DNA of 64,000 nucleotides from Utricularia gibba. Its lineage: Eukaryota; Plantae; Magnoliophyta. This document shows, one piece after another, positions 50,220-61,994 of this stretch. Under the pieces are notes generated by a model that was not told the DNA's origin, made no database searches, and saw only the letters and a list, made by a program, of their open reading frames with translations. Positions within the stretch are counted from its first letter, which is position 1. The number at the start of each line of letters is the position of its first letter. Position numbers and translations under genes: made by a program. Where the stretch lies: assembly GCA_002189035.1 (NCBI GenBank), contig CM007989.1, forward strand, positions 4,154,001 through 4,218,000, in the 5' to 3' direction.

Positions 50220-53200
50220 TCAGTCGAAGGAGATGACTTCTTCTGTAACATCCACCACCTCCTCGATCTCCACTTCCTTTGCTTCGTACTCCTCTTCTTC
50301 ATCGCTAGCCTCGCCGTCTCGCAGTTTCTGGCGGATGAGCTTCTCTTCTTCGTGGAATCGCCTCCACTCTCCGATCCACCGTGCCCACTCTTCCTTCACC
50401 ATCTTCCTCTTCTCGCGGTCCTGCTCACTTAACAGCAGAGAAACGTCTTGATCCTCGGCCTCGTACTTCTTGCTGTACTTTTTCAAGTTCTTTGAAATCT
50501 CCTCCTCCTTTTCAGGGCTCAACAAGGATGGAGGCCTCGGCCGCCACAAAAACTGCAGTTGGAAAAGTCAGCCAAGTGTGCTTGCTAGGTACAACCGATT
50601 CCAAATGGAAGCAGCACTTACTTGGAAGAAATGGTCCTTGAGTATTCTGTACAGAGGTTTTCCATTGAAGGACCATACGTTGAATCCATTTTCCATCTCA
50701 TGGACAGATGTCACCGCCGTCACAACATACCTGCGCGAATGTACAAAAGATCAGCATAACGGTTCACATTCCTCCAAAAACGTACGGGCACAGAGTGGTT
50801 CAGAGGCAACACTCATAAAAGGGATCAAACCTCACCTTCCAGTAGGATCCCATTCAACGTCTGTTGCCATGAAATGCTCAGCCTGTGCCATTGTCTCAAG
50901 ATCATCAACATTGTAAAACTCCAGTTGCCCGTTGAAACCCTTTAATCCAGCTAGTATGATAAAGCGGCCTGACGGGGACCAGTAAAGAGCGTTTGCCTGC
51001 TTTGCCTTGAGAGTGGTCAGCTTGGAAACCTTCAGTGTATTGCTGCCACTCCGCATCGAGTAGAAACTAACATCAGGCCTTGGGTTGTCACCATGGATAA
51101 CAGCAAACCTGTGACCCTTGGGCTCCCAAGCAAAGGCAATGATCTTGTCATTCTTATTTTCAAGCTCCAGAACCTCTATAGGAATATCCCGTTCCTTGAT
51201 TCTGAAGAGCTCAAATCCAGTATATGTGCTTTTCTTGGTTTTGGTGTACCGATCGACCTTAACAGCAAGGTATTCCCCATTACTCTGCCAGTACATTTTA
51301 CAATCACTGACGCTGAATAGATTTTTCTGCCTCAGCTCACTTTTGCTTGGGATTTCCATAAGACTCACCTGCCATATGAAATGCAAAAAAATAATTATAA
51401 CCTTCATATGCCTAAAAGCCCTGGTAAATGTATTTACCCTTGCAGGTTGATTTCCTCCTCCAAGTTCTGGAACAAAGAGGGCAATAATGGGATCCGTAGG
51501 TGACCAGCTGAAATCTACAACATTATCAAACTTCACAGATTTCTTGTCAATCAGACCAAAAGTCTGTGTTTCATAAACCGATATGACATTCTTTCCAATT
51601 CTTGCAAAGTACTTGTCATCTTTTCCACCACCCCATCTGCAAAAAATTATAGCTAGACGGATCAGAAAACAACCCTTGTTTTGTTTTTTTATCAGTAGAA
51701 AGAAAAACTAAATTATTGAAAGAAAGTGCTTGATAAGCTAACCGAAGCAAGAAAAAGTGTCATAAATCACCTGAACACAGGCCAAGACACACCACTGACT
51801 CCACCGGTACCCCAACGGCAAATTCATCAGCACTCCCCTTGAAATCTCTCATAACTTTCCCAGTTCTAGCATCGAACAGATTTATGACAACCCTCTGCAA
51901 GTAAGCTCCATTAAAGCAATAATCTAAAACAACATCAAAATTCATATAGAGGCTCCGTACATGAGTATCACGAGGATTGCTGGGTTCATGGCTACTATAT
52001 GTCACCAGATACTTTTCACCAGGGGAAAAATCAATCAAGTTTACCTGAAAAATCGCACCATTAAATCAATAATTCTGTGAACGAGAATATGGTTTCTAGG
52101 ATGTGACCATCCAAAAAATACCTGGGGGTGAGCATATCTCATTAGGCGGTTAAAGGTTGTCGCACCACCCCAAATTGCAGCACCCTGTCTATGCACGGTG
52201 GCCAAGTATGTTCCAAGTGGTGACCACTGCACGAATTTTTCTGTCCAGTACTGCAATACAAAGATACCAAATTCAGTTAATTAGATGATGAACACAAATG
52301 ACCATATTATAAACTGCAATGGAGCATTAGCTAAGACAACACCATATTTCTGTCCTGTAGATATTGTGTTTACTCACCGCCCTTTTATAAACTGGCTCAG
52401 GTTTCATGTGTCTTGCATCATTCCAGAAAACCTCAGTATCTGATCCAGAGCGGATCACGAACTGATCTCTAGCTTTCTCATCCATAAGCCACTTTTGCAA
52501 ATTCTCCTGTAACAAACAGAGGTGTGATAAAAAAAAAAAATTATATGTTAAATAGAGGACTGAGCAGGAAGAAGGTATCGACCCCTGGAACATATGGCTT
52601 AGTTTCTGGGGGTGCCCACTCCTCTGGAACTTTCATAAACTTGTCGATGTCTTCGAACATGTTAACTGCGAATACGTGAGCCCTATCAAGCTTGTACAGA
52701 TGGGTCTTTTCCTTAGCCAATTCAGCCTCCTAAAATCCGACATATGCATTAAACATTTATAAACCAGACAAATTTTGAAGCCAAAATTTGCCAAAAGCTA
52801 CCTGCGGAGTGTTGTACGCGATGAAGCAATATCCCAATGTTTTCCCCGTTTCCAGGTCAACAGGCATCCAAAGTCCATCATCTTTGATAACCCCAATCTG
52901 ACTGTAAAGTTTTCGAACAACGCCTTCCAATTTCTCAAATTTCTCTTTTGGCACCACCGGCAGATTGTCTACTACAATGATGTTTGCAAAACCCTCTTCG
53001 GACTCCAATGGTTCCCCCTCCTTCAAATCCTCGTCGTCACTGCCACAGTTTGGAAAAAATGAGACAACATCATGACAGAGGGAACGAAAATCACCCCAAA
53101 CCAATTCGCATGAAAATATGCACCTAACGATGCCGAAATCCTCACCCGGAGGCAGCTTAATGGAGTTGAGATCAAGCGAAGCCAAATCAACATTAAGACG

Positions 53201-53248
53201 AGTGGCAGTAGCTCGAATCTCCTCCGGCAGCGAAATCACTTCCGCCAT
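50220..53248 (-). CDS. eIF3B: Eukaryotic translation initiation factor 3 subunit B, multi-exon, one -1 frameshift at the C run 51810-51813
   Basis: RRM IIVVDNLPVVPKEKFEKL...TLGYCFIAYNTPQ; WD region WTEKFVQWSPLGTYL, KMYWQSNGEYLAVKV, FAWEPKGHRF, WDPTGR; acidic C-terminus. Confidence 0.95.
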
Positions 53249-53279
53249 GTTTGCTCAGATTGGAGGAGGGTAAAGAGTC

Positions 53280-53312
53280 GTTTAGGGCCACTATAATACT
53301 GTGGCCCTAAAC
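53280..53312. repeat. Perfect 12-bp inverted repeat GTTTAGGGCCAC-N9-GTGGCCCTAAAC, 32 nt upstream of the eIF3b ATG
   Basis: Read directly; the loop TATAATACT (AGTATTATA on the gene strand) is TATA-like. Confidence 0.9.
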
Positions 53313-53867
53313 TAGAGATGAAACTTGAGCCGGGCCGGCCCGACCGTATTTCAGAGGGCCTCGTCAAGTTTCGGGCTATGGCTGGGCTAAAGCTCGATTA
53401 CACAAAAATATGATTAGCATGGCCCTAGCCCGATTATTCATTGGGCCGGGCTGGCACCACCCGGCCCACGGGCCTATCATGTAATAAATAAATTTTTTAA
53501 AAAATTATTAAATATTAATATACATTTTATTATTATTTAAATAATTTATAGAAAAAAATTTAAAATTATGATATAAATTATTAATTCATATTATCTATTT
53601 TAAAAATAAAATAATGCATATAAAATGAATTTTAATTATTAAAAATAAAAAAATAATTATAATTATCATGTATAAAAATCATATTTTTAAATTGGCCATA
53701 GGCCCGTCAGACGTTAAGGCTCAAACCTCAATCAACCCTAAGGGCTTTGGGTTTTGGGCCAAAAAGCTCGACAATCTTTCAGGTCATCAATGTATCAGCT
53801 CAAACCCGATGTTTTTTGGGGCTAGGTCGAACCAGCCCACGAGCTTGAGCTTTAACTTTTATCCCTA
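53313..53867. mobile_element. Non-autonomous Ac/Ds-like hAT element (MITE), 555 bp
   Basis: 8-bp TSD CCCTAAAC (53305-53312, 53868-53875); TIRs TAGAGATGAAA / TAGGGATAAAA resemble the Ac TIR; GGCCC-rich subterminal regions; AT-rich core. Confidence 0.92.
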
Positions 53868-53870
53868 CCC

Positions 53871-53984
53871 TAAACTTGTCAATGTCTTCTATGTTAACTG
53901 CAAATACGTGAGCTCTATCAAGCTTCTAAAGATGGGTCTTTTCCTTAGCCAATTCAGCCTCCTAAAATATGACATATGCATTAA
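53871..53984 (-). pseudogene. Duplicated fragment of an eIF3b exon plus its upstream splice acceptor
   Basis: Aligns to 52636-52752 with 8 substitutions and one 3-bp deletion; a TAC-to-TAG change creates a stop. Confidence 0.93.
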
Positions 53985-54489
53985 CGTCTTGTTTGGTAGG
54001 ATCGTTTAGTTTACATTTTATTAAGATTATTATTGTTTAGATAAACAAACATCTATTGTTTAAATTATATACACATTAGATAACATTGTATATAAATATG
54101 AATGTTTACAATATTTTGTGCTTGATAGGTTATTGTTAAATAAATAATTTTATAAAAATTGTCTAGAATACCTTTATTATTATTTGATTACTTTTTAGAG
54201 TCATATACCCTATTCTTTAAATTATGTTTGTATAGGGTTTTAGAGCTCTTCTATGATGTTTCAGGTTCATGTAAGATTCATCTCCATTTTCATTTTTCGA
54301 TATTGTTTTCACACTTTTATCTCATTGATTACATTGTTTTCAACGTTTTTCGATTAATCTATATGAGAAACAAATTATGCTGTTTTTTTTATTGTTGATT
54401 CGATTGAAATTTACTAATTACATTTAATGTAATCTCTCAGCATAAACTCTACTAGAGATAAACCCATTAGATTCAATAAGAAATCGACA

Positions 54490-55510
54490 AGTACCGAAGG
54501 TGGAGAGAGTTCTAGGGCTAGATGTAATTGGAATATGCATGAAGAGATATTGTTTATTACTGCATTGAAGGAATTAGTAGCTAATGGGTGGCATTATCAA
54601 AATGGATGGAAACCAAAATATCCATCTGTTTTAGAACAATCATTCATAAAGTTATGTCCTAGAACTGAAAAAAGAACTCATCCTCATATGCATTCCAATA
54701 TGGGTACTTTTAAGAGAGATTATAATATGTTCATTGACTTCTTAAGCAAATCTGGAACCGGTTTTGACTATACTACCAAGATTGTGGATGCAACACCAGA
54801 ATTGTGGGTGGAGTTGAAATTGGTAATATATGAAATTTTTTTGATTCATTTTCTATTTTACTTTTGTTTAATTTATTTTATATGGGCAACATGATGAGCA
54901 TACTCACAATATTTTGAGGAATAAGAATTGGCCTTACTATGAGTATTGGATTGATATATTCGGAAAAGATAGAGCAGATGGAACATTTCTTGAAGAAGGT
55001 GATGTAACAAATGTGAAGTATGAAACACCACCAATCAATGAAGATGATCTATTGGATTCGACGAACTTGTTGCTGCCGTTCTCAAGTCCACCATTTGAAG
55101 CCAATGATAAATACTCTTCTCATGATGAGCCTGCTCCATTTCAAGAGGAAACCTCATCTACATATGGAGGGAGAAAATGAAAGTATGCCAACACAAGTTC
55201 AAAGAGTGGTGATGAGGTAGGAAGTGCTGAAGGGAAAAAAAAGAAGGGCATCAGATACTGAGTTTGAGGATCTGCTAGTTGAATTGAGGGAACTAAGTAG
55301 ACATTCAAATGTTGCCATACGTGACCTTGGTGACAAACTAATTTAATCGGGAAAAGAGTTGCAAGAGAAGAAAAAGGAGGCTGTTGATTGGATTCGAAAT
55401 ATGAAATCCAATACATTGTCAACTATGCAAAGATTGAAGGTGGCGCAAATTGTTACTAGGGATGATGCTATGCTTGATTGTTTTTTAGGTAGTTCGATTT
55501 CAAAGTGAGA
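54490..55510 (+). pseudogene. Second Harbinger-type Myb/SANT-like ORF remnant; no transposase found
   Basis: EEILFITALKELVANGWHYQNGWKPKY...FLSKSGTGFDYTTKIVDA and RNKNWPYYEYWIDIFGKDRADG, homologous to 15231-16299. TIR-like TGTTTGGTAG at about 53990. Confidence 0.75.
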
Positions 55511-55759
55511 GATTATGGTTGATAGCATTACAAGAGGTGAAATGTAATTTTTGTTTGATTTAGCATTATTACTTTTTGTTATTTTTGGTTAACTTGTTTA
55601 CTTTTGGAAATCAGAACTCATGTTTTTTTTTAAATAGCATGCGTAATCGTTTTTTATATGTAGCAAAAATGATAAAGAAATTGTTGTTTGAATAACATCA
55701 ACATTTAATGATAAAATTGAAAATTATAATTTGAATATGCAACAATGATTCTTGTAAGT

Positions 55760-56149
55760 TGATGCTGGTGAGTGAGTGCTTATGCAGTGCATTTTTCTCC
55801 GCCTAGAGGACCATCTCGAGTTGTTTCAACCGAGACTGGAGCACGGCCATGGCAGAAGCCTTGTTATGATGCTGGGATCTGCAAAGTTTCGAGTGAGAAA
55901 AAGAAGAAGGATGGTTGACGAGAAGGGAGGAAGAGCGGTGATCTTTCATTTTGGCACTACGTTCATCACTCTAATAAAAAAATAGAGGAAAAGGAGGGAG
56001 TTAAGAAATGCCTTGAATGCTGCAATCTCACCAGCCATTTCATCGATAAATGTAACTCCATAGGCATGAAGCTCAGCCTACCTCTTGTGCATCTACATCA
56101 CCATTGAGGCACAATCCATGCTCTCAATGCCACCTGCTCCAGCTTGTAC
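55760..56149 (-). pseudogene. Two exon fragments of an organellar peptide chain release factor 2 (PrfB, mitochondrial-type) gene
   Basis: 56149-56012 reads VQAGAGGIESMDCASMVM*MHKR*AELHAYGVTFIDEMAGEIAAFK. 55878-55760 reads (R)SQHHNKASAMAVLQSRLKQLEMVL*AEKNALHKHSLT. Both recall RF2 segments; three in-frame TAG stops. Confidence 0.8.
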
Positions 56150-59100
56150 TTATTGGTTTTGTGGTTAGAGAACATACAGTGGACAAGAGTGTTTAGAACA
56201 AACAAAAACAGTGACAATTTTGAAATCATAAGATGAAAGCTAGAGCTACTACTCTGCAATCCTTCGGAGAGATGATCCAAACCTCAGAATTGTTTGGGTG
56301 ATCATCGGTAAATTGATGCAACTGTATATCTTAGTTCGGGGAAATCCATCAGAGAGACGATCCAAACGTTACGAATCACCTCTACTAATTAGAGAAGAGA
56401 TGGAGAATGTTTGTAAATGACATACATAGCAAATTGTATTATTTACAAGCATGACATCGCACAGTAAGTTTTAGCACAGACTCTGTAACTTCACGACAGC
56501 CATATGCAAATATATGGAAACCCTAGACGTATAATCATCCCTTATATGGCAAGTATGTGTGTGCAGAAGTATTGGAAGATATTGGCAGAAGATCATATCT
56601 GAGATTCCTGCTGAGAATACGGGATTACCTTGTATAATTCAGTTTCCCCAAAATAGCAGATTTGTAATTCTATAACTTTGACCATTGTGAATGAAAAGTG
56701 AGAGCTTTCCTGGAACAATTTTTAGTTTCTTCTTTTCTTCAGTGATTATCAAGAAGAGAAAAACATCATCCCCACTTAGAAACTTCTCGATTACAGGTCT
56801 CCAACGAATGGAAACATCATCTCCGGCGTATGTTGGTCAGTTCAACAGACATGAATGTTGGTCCGTGTTGATGGTAACACGGACCGAGGCCGGTTGACTT
56901 GTTAATTTCAGTAGAGGCCATAGGGAAGATAGTTTGAAAATAGCTGACTGACGAGCGAATTGGACCCTGCAAGCAAGATTTGGTTCAACGAATCTCGCAA
57001 CTAAACAACAGATCTCTTCTTCATAACCCACAAGGTGAGACTCCGTAACCAAAACCAAGGAATTGTAATCCAGGTCATCTGAGATAGCCTTTTTCTGGAA
57101 AGGTTAGAGCTTTACTAGACGATGGAGAATAGGGTGATCGGGGGTTGGAATGTTCGACATGGACTCCACCCAACTACCTTGTTGTCAAACACGTACCTTA
57201 CATACGACAAGACAAGTAAATAACCACGGTACCGGAGATCATGAACCAAACTCAAATCTTATACTAACTTTCTATCAAAATAATACTCTCCTATAACAGT
57301 CACAACAATAATGATTTAATTTACATGACTATAAAGTAGTATAATTTGGTAATTCGTAAACCTTTCGCCTATTTCAAATCTTGGAAGATAATAAGTGATC
57401 AACTAAATTAAAAAACTGATATATTTTAGTCAAATATAATTACTACATTATCCTTAATACAATATATATATATTTTGCTTATTTGTTTGTTAAATATATT
57501 TATTTATTTTCTATATTATATAGTATCATTTTTAACATAATAAAAATAACTATTTATATTCATTAAAATTAAATATAAACTTACATCTATTTACAAAATT
57601 CAAATTAAATGAAAATTAATAATATTTTCACTACTTTTAATCATTTATTTTTAATTTTTTTAATGTTATTTTTGAATTATTTATTTTGATAAAAAGTATA
57701 ATTTATAATAATTAAGAATACCAAAAAAATGAAAAACAAAAGACGAGTAATTAATAATATACGTGTATTAAACAAAATAATATCATCCATATGCTCAAAA
57801 AATAAATATGTAATTAGTATACATATATAAGTTAATAAGAGAACAATATATTTGTAAATTTCGATATAAATTTTATATACTATTTATATTAATACAAACA
57901 TGGATTATAAACTACGAGCATAATTTACATATAATCTAAGTTCGTGATATAGTCATAAACAATTTTATGTGTGTATCAAAAAGTCATATGAGTGTAACTT
58001 ATGCACACTAAGACATCAAATTATTGGTGAATTATATGCTTCTCCCCTATGGTACATCAAAAACATGTGTCCCGTTATCACGTCATCCTGCGTAGAAGTG
58101 GGATGGGATTATGAGTTTTTAATATAATTTGTTTTTTAATTATTGAAGAAACTGACAGCTCCCAGGATTCCCAATACCGACAACAGGAATCCTTCAACAA
58201 ACAACAACGTTGAGTCGGAACCAAAACCTACACTCTCCGGTTTCACACGCGCTCCGGGCCGGACTACTCGAGTTAGGCAGCGAGGTAGTCCAGGCGGTGC
58301 CCAAGATCAGCCATACACGGTGTCGTCAGCGTGGCGCGCGTGTGGTCAGCGCCACCGGGAACGTGAAAATACGTCACCCCAACTCGCCGGCGGGCCATGA
58401 CAGATGTGCCATTACAGAGCATGCCGTACGTGAGGCAGTCGATCGTGGAAGAGAAGGGACCGCAGGTGGATCCTACTCCTGTATGGGTGTCTTCAGGACA
58501 GCCAATGGAGCCTCCGGTCCACCGGAGAGCCACTGGATGGTCCCGGTATGTGACATCAGCATCATAGCGGACAATGTACAAAAAAGTCACGTAACACAGA
58601 ATTTCTGATTTAAATCTTGTCCACAGTTACCCCCCACTTACCCTTTTAAAACAGTTGAGTGCATTTATTATAATATAATTTTCACATCAACATCAAATAA
58701 AACAAAACTAAATATTTGAAATTTATTTCATACCCTGTCGTGCACGGATCCAACTTCGAGAAAGGGGAGAAAATTAAAATAGGAAGGTATTTGAAAACTC
58801 AGAAACTAAAATAAAACCAAATCAAAATTCAAAAAAATAATGAATATTCAAATATATTATAATTAGATACAAATATTTCGATACATTTTCGTATTCATAA
58901 CTCAATCAATATTTTTTATATGTTAAATTATACTTTATTAGGATTGTAGTTAATTCGAATCTAAACCATGATTTCGATTCAATATTCATACTTTTCTTAT
59001 GGTTCCAGTTTAGGACTGAAAACGTACGATTTTAAGTCAATTCGTTATTTTTGGAATCGAGAAACTATTGATCCAATGCATTTGGAACCGACAATTAGAA

Positions 59101-61994
59101 CTATCATTTGTGGTATGATAATGAACCATTGTATCTAATTGGAGAAAAGTTAATATTTTTGAAAATGTTTATCGATTTGCACATAAGTCGTTATGAGCAA
59201 CTGAAACAATTTTAAAAAAACATTGTGTTTATTAAGTACTCCCAAAAACTCATTTGGATGCATAGAAAATATTTAACAGTTTTAAAGGTATTTTTAGACA
59301 TACATAAAAGATCTTTTACATATCCGAAACTATAATTTTTATTTACATTAATTTTTAATATTTAAAATCATGATTTAAAGCTAAACCATACAGTTCAATT
59401 CAAAGTTTATGATTTCGATTTTGATTTGATTCAAAGTTAATAATTCTAGTTTCGAATCAAATTATGTAATTCGGTTCAACACCGAAATCTGAATCGAATT
59501 TGACATTGAACCATAATTTATAAACCATGGGTTAAATGAAACCAATTGATTCAAAACCGGTAATAACATGATAAACGAAAAATTCACACGTCGTAAATGT
59601 AAATCTTCCTATCAAAAAAATTTATAACATAATACATATTCAAGCATAAAACAATTATAAGCATAGTAATTAGGATCGAACACGAAGAGCAGGTGCTTGT
59701 TATATGAAAGTTAATGCATAAAATCAGTGTCATGTTAGTAAAATTGGTCTTAGTTAGGACTAAGGTAGAACTAAAATGAAATACAGTAAAAAAAAGTAAT
59801 AAGTTCTGGAGTTCGGTTGTTTTTGGAATGAAATGCGTGATGACTTGGGACTCATAGGGGATGTATACTCATCACTAAATAAGTCTATACAAACTACAAA
59901 TCATAAAACTAACTCACAAGGTGTAGGTCTACCCGAACTCTTGTTTTTCCCCCTAATCTTTGGTGTATGTCTAATTAGGGTTGTTAAGTTAGGTTTCACT
60001 ACTTCCCCCTCCTGAATCTATCTTGTTTTGTTAAGTAAGTGACGTGGCTTATGGATGTTTAAATATAAAGATTGAATAACATGTTTCTACCCTTTTCACC
60101 CAAGTCACCCTCTAAATACTTAGCCACTTATACTTGAAACAAACGAAAATAGAAAATAAAACATCATCCACAATGCATTTATGTCTCAGTCGAGTACTAG
60201 AAGATAAACAAACAGTAAATTGAAATGTTCGACAGAAAACTAGAAAATGTCGTTAGCTAATCTTAGCTATGAGTAATAATCCTTGGAAAACAGAAAATAA
60301 TCTTCAAGCATAAGCTTAGTTCATGTTCGTCTTTCTCGTTCTTCCTCCTCAGAAAATCTTCTCCAAAAAGTTGTTCGTGAGTCTCCAAGGTGAGATCTAT
60401 CTTCTCTCTCCAACTTTACTTACTTTTGTTCAAAATCTTCCTTTTTATTTCTTGGATTTTGTGTGTACTAATTTTCAGACTTTTGGACTTATCTTCTACC
60501 ATTACACTGTGCATATTCGGCTCCTTGGGATTTGTGTTGCGACTTGTACTACATTGCTCAAAAAAGACTATTAGAAGTTTGGGATTAAATCGTAGATTTA
60601 GTTCTAACTAAGATTAAAATAACGTAAATATGTTACTTTGTGCAAAAATATAGAAATTGATAGTAAAATCTGATTTTTGTAGCACAATATGAGTAATTAC
60701 TATGATCTCAATCACTCAAAAATATGTGTTATCACAACACTATATTTTTATAATGATGTGATATAGTTTCTGTGTTTTGAGTTTATTATGTCATTTTTTA
60801 AATTTGGATGTTTATTATATTACAAATTATTATGGAGGCCTTGGTGGGTGGACTGCAAATAAATGTAATTGATGAGGGTAGATGCAGGGGGAACACAGCA
60901 CACTTGCCGATCGTCGGATGGATGAGCGGTCCAAGTGCTTCCACGTGGCAAGAATCTGTCTCTATAAAAGTATAACCCGCATAAATACTTGGGTCCGGTG
61001 GAACATTCAAGTTTAATTCATGTTGAATAGCAAACATTTATTATAAGTCAGATGAGAATAATATTCAATATCATATATTAAATTTTTGAATACTTTATTT
61101 ATTAATCTTTAAATCAAGACTAATCGCATATTTTTGTGTTATTTAATCTTATGATGTTATGATGTTAAAATACTATATTTCTTAATTGAAAAAGCTTTTT
61201 TCTTGTATTATTTTTTTATTCTTTCAATTTTCTTAATAAAGGAGTTTTTATATTCAATTTTTCATAAAAAAATATTCCAATTCAAAAGGTATATCTTTTG
61301 GAAATTTTAACAATAATTTTGTATAATATGACATATCTATAATTTTTTATAAAATTTTGAATGTAAATATTTTGATAATTTTATTTCTAAATTTCTCATT
61401 GTTTTACAAACTAGATCCACCACATATAGGGACTGTTCTAATTTTAAAATTTTTAAAAGTAATTTTGTCTAATTTTTAGAAACTTTAATATTTATTCTTT
61501 TTAAAATTTTTATAAACTTTAAAATTTTTAGACACATTAAATAGATTTAAATTACAATATTTTAATCTTTTAAAATGATTATATATAATTAAATACAATT
61601 TTATAATAAAAATGGTTAATCTCAAAACTAATATGAATAAATAAAATATATTATCAAAAGTCACATTATTAATATAAAAAAAATTCATCCGCCCGCCAAT
61701 GGCGGCTGTGCCTACCAACAGCAAAAGAGAACGTTGTCATTGTTTTGTCGTTTCTTATTATTTTATAAAAAGAATATTTCGATAAAAAAAATATTTTTAT
61801 TTGAAAGTAGGTGCGGTCATTAGTGAATGACCCGAATGAACGTTAATGCGATTCGGGTCGGGTCGAATGTTATGCAACTGCTCCGTTAGGCTGATACTAC
61901 TGTGTTGAATCCGGGAGCTTCGTTTTTGTATCTCCCCCAGCTATAAATACCGCCATGTGCGTCCTCAAACGTCCCGACGTTTGTCGGGGAAACA

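Noticed and set aside
31914-56149. RNA/translation gene cluster (U2, Trm112-like, TrmL, eIF3b, RF2 fragment)
   Set aside because: These are common gene classes in gene-dense regions, act in different compartments and show no shared regulatory signature.
58780-59560. Degenerate MITE-like region with AAACC/GGTTC/TTCGA repeats
   Set aside because: Likely TE-derived, but neither TIR pair nor TSD could be fixed.
61390-61720. Possible non-autonomous Helitron (CCGCCAATGGCGG hairpin near 61688; similar weak signal near 58735)
   Set aside because: No CTRR terminus at the expected distance; boundaries not supportable.
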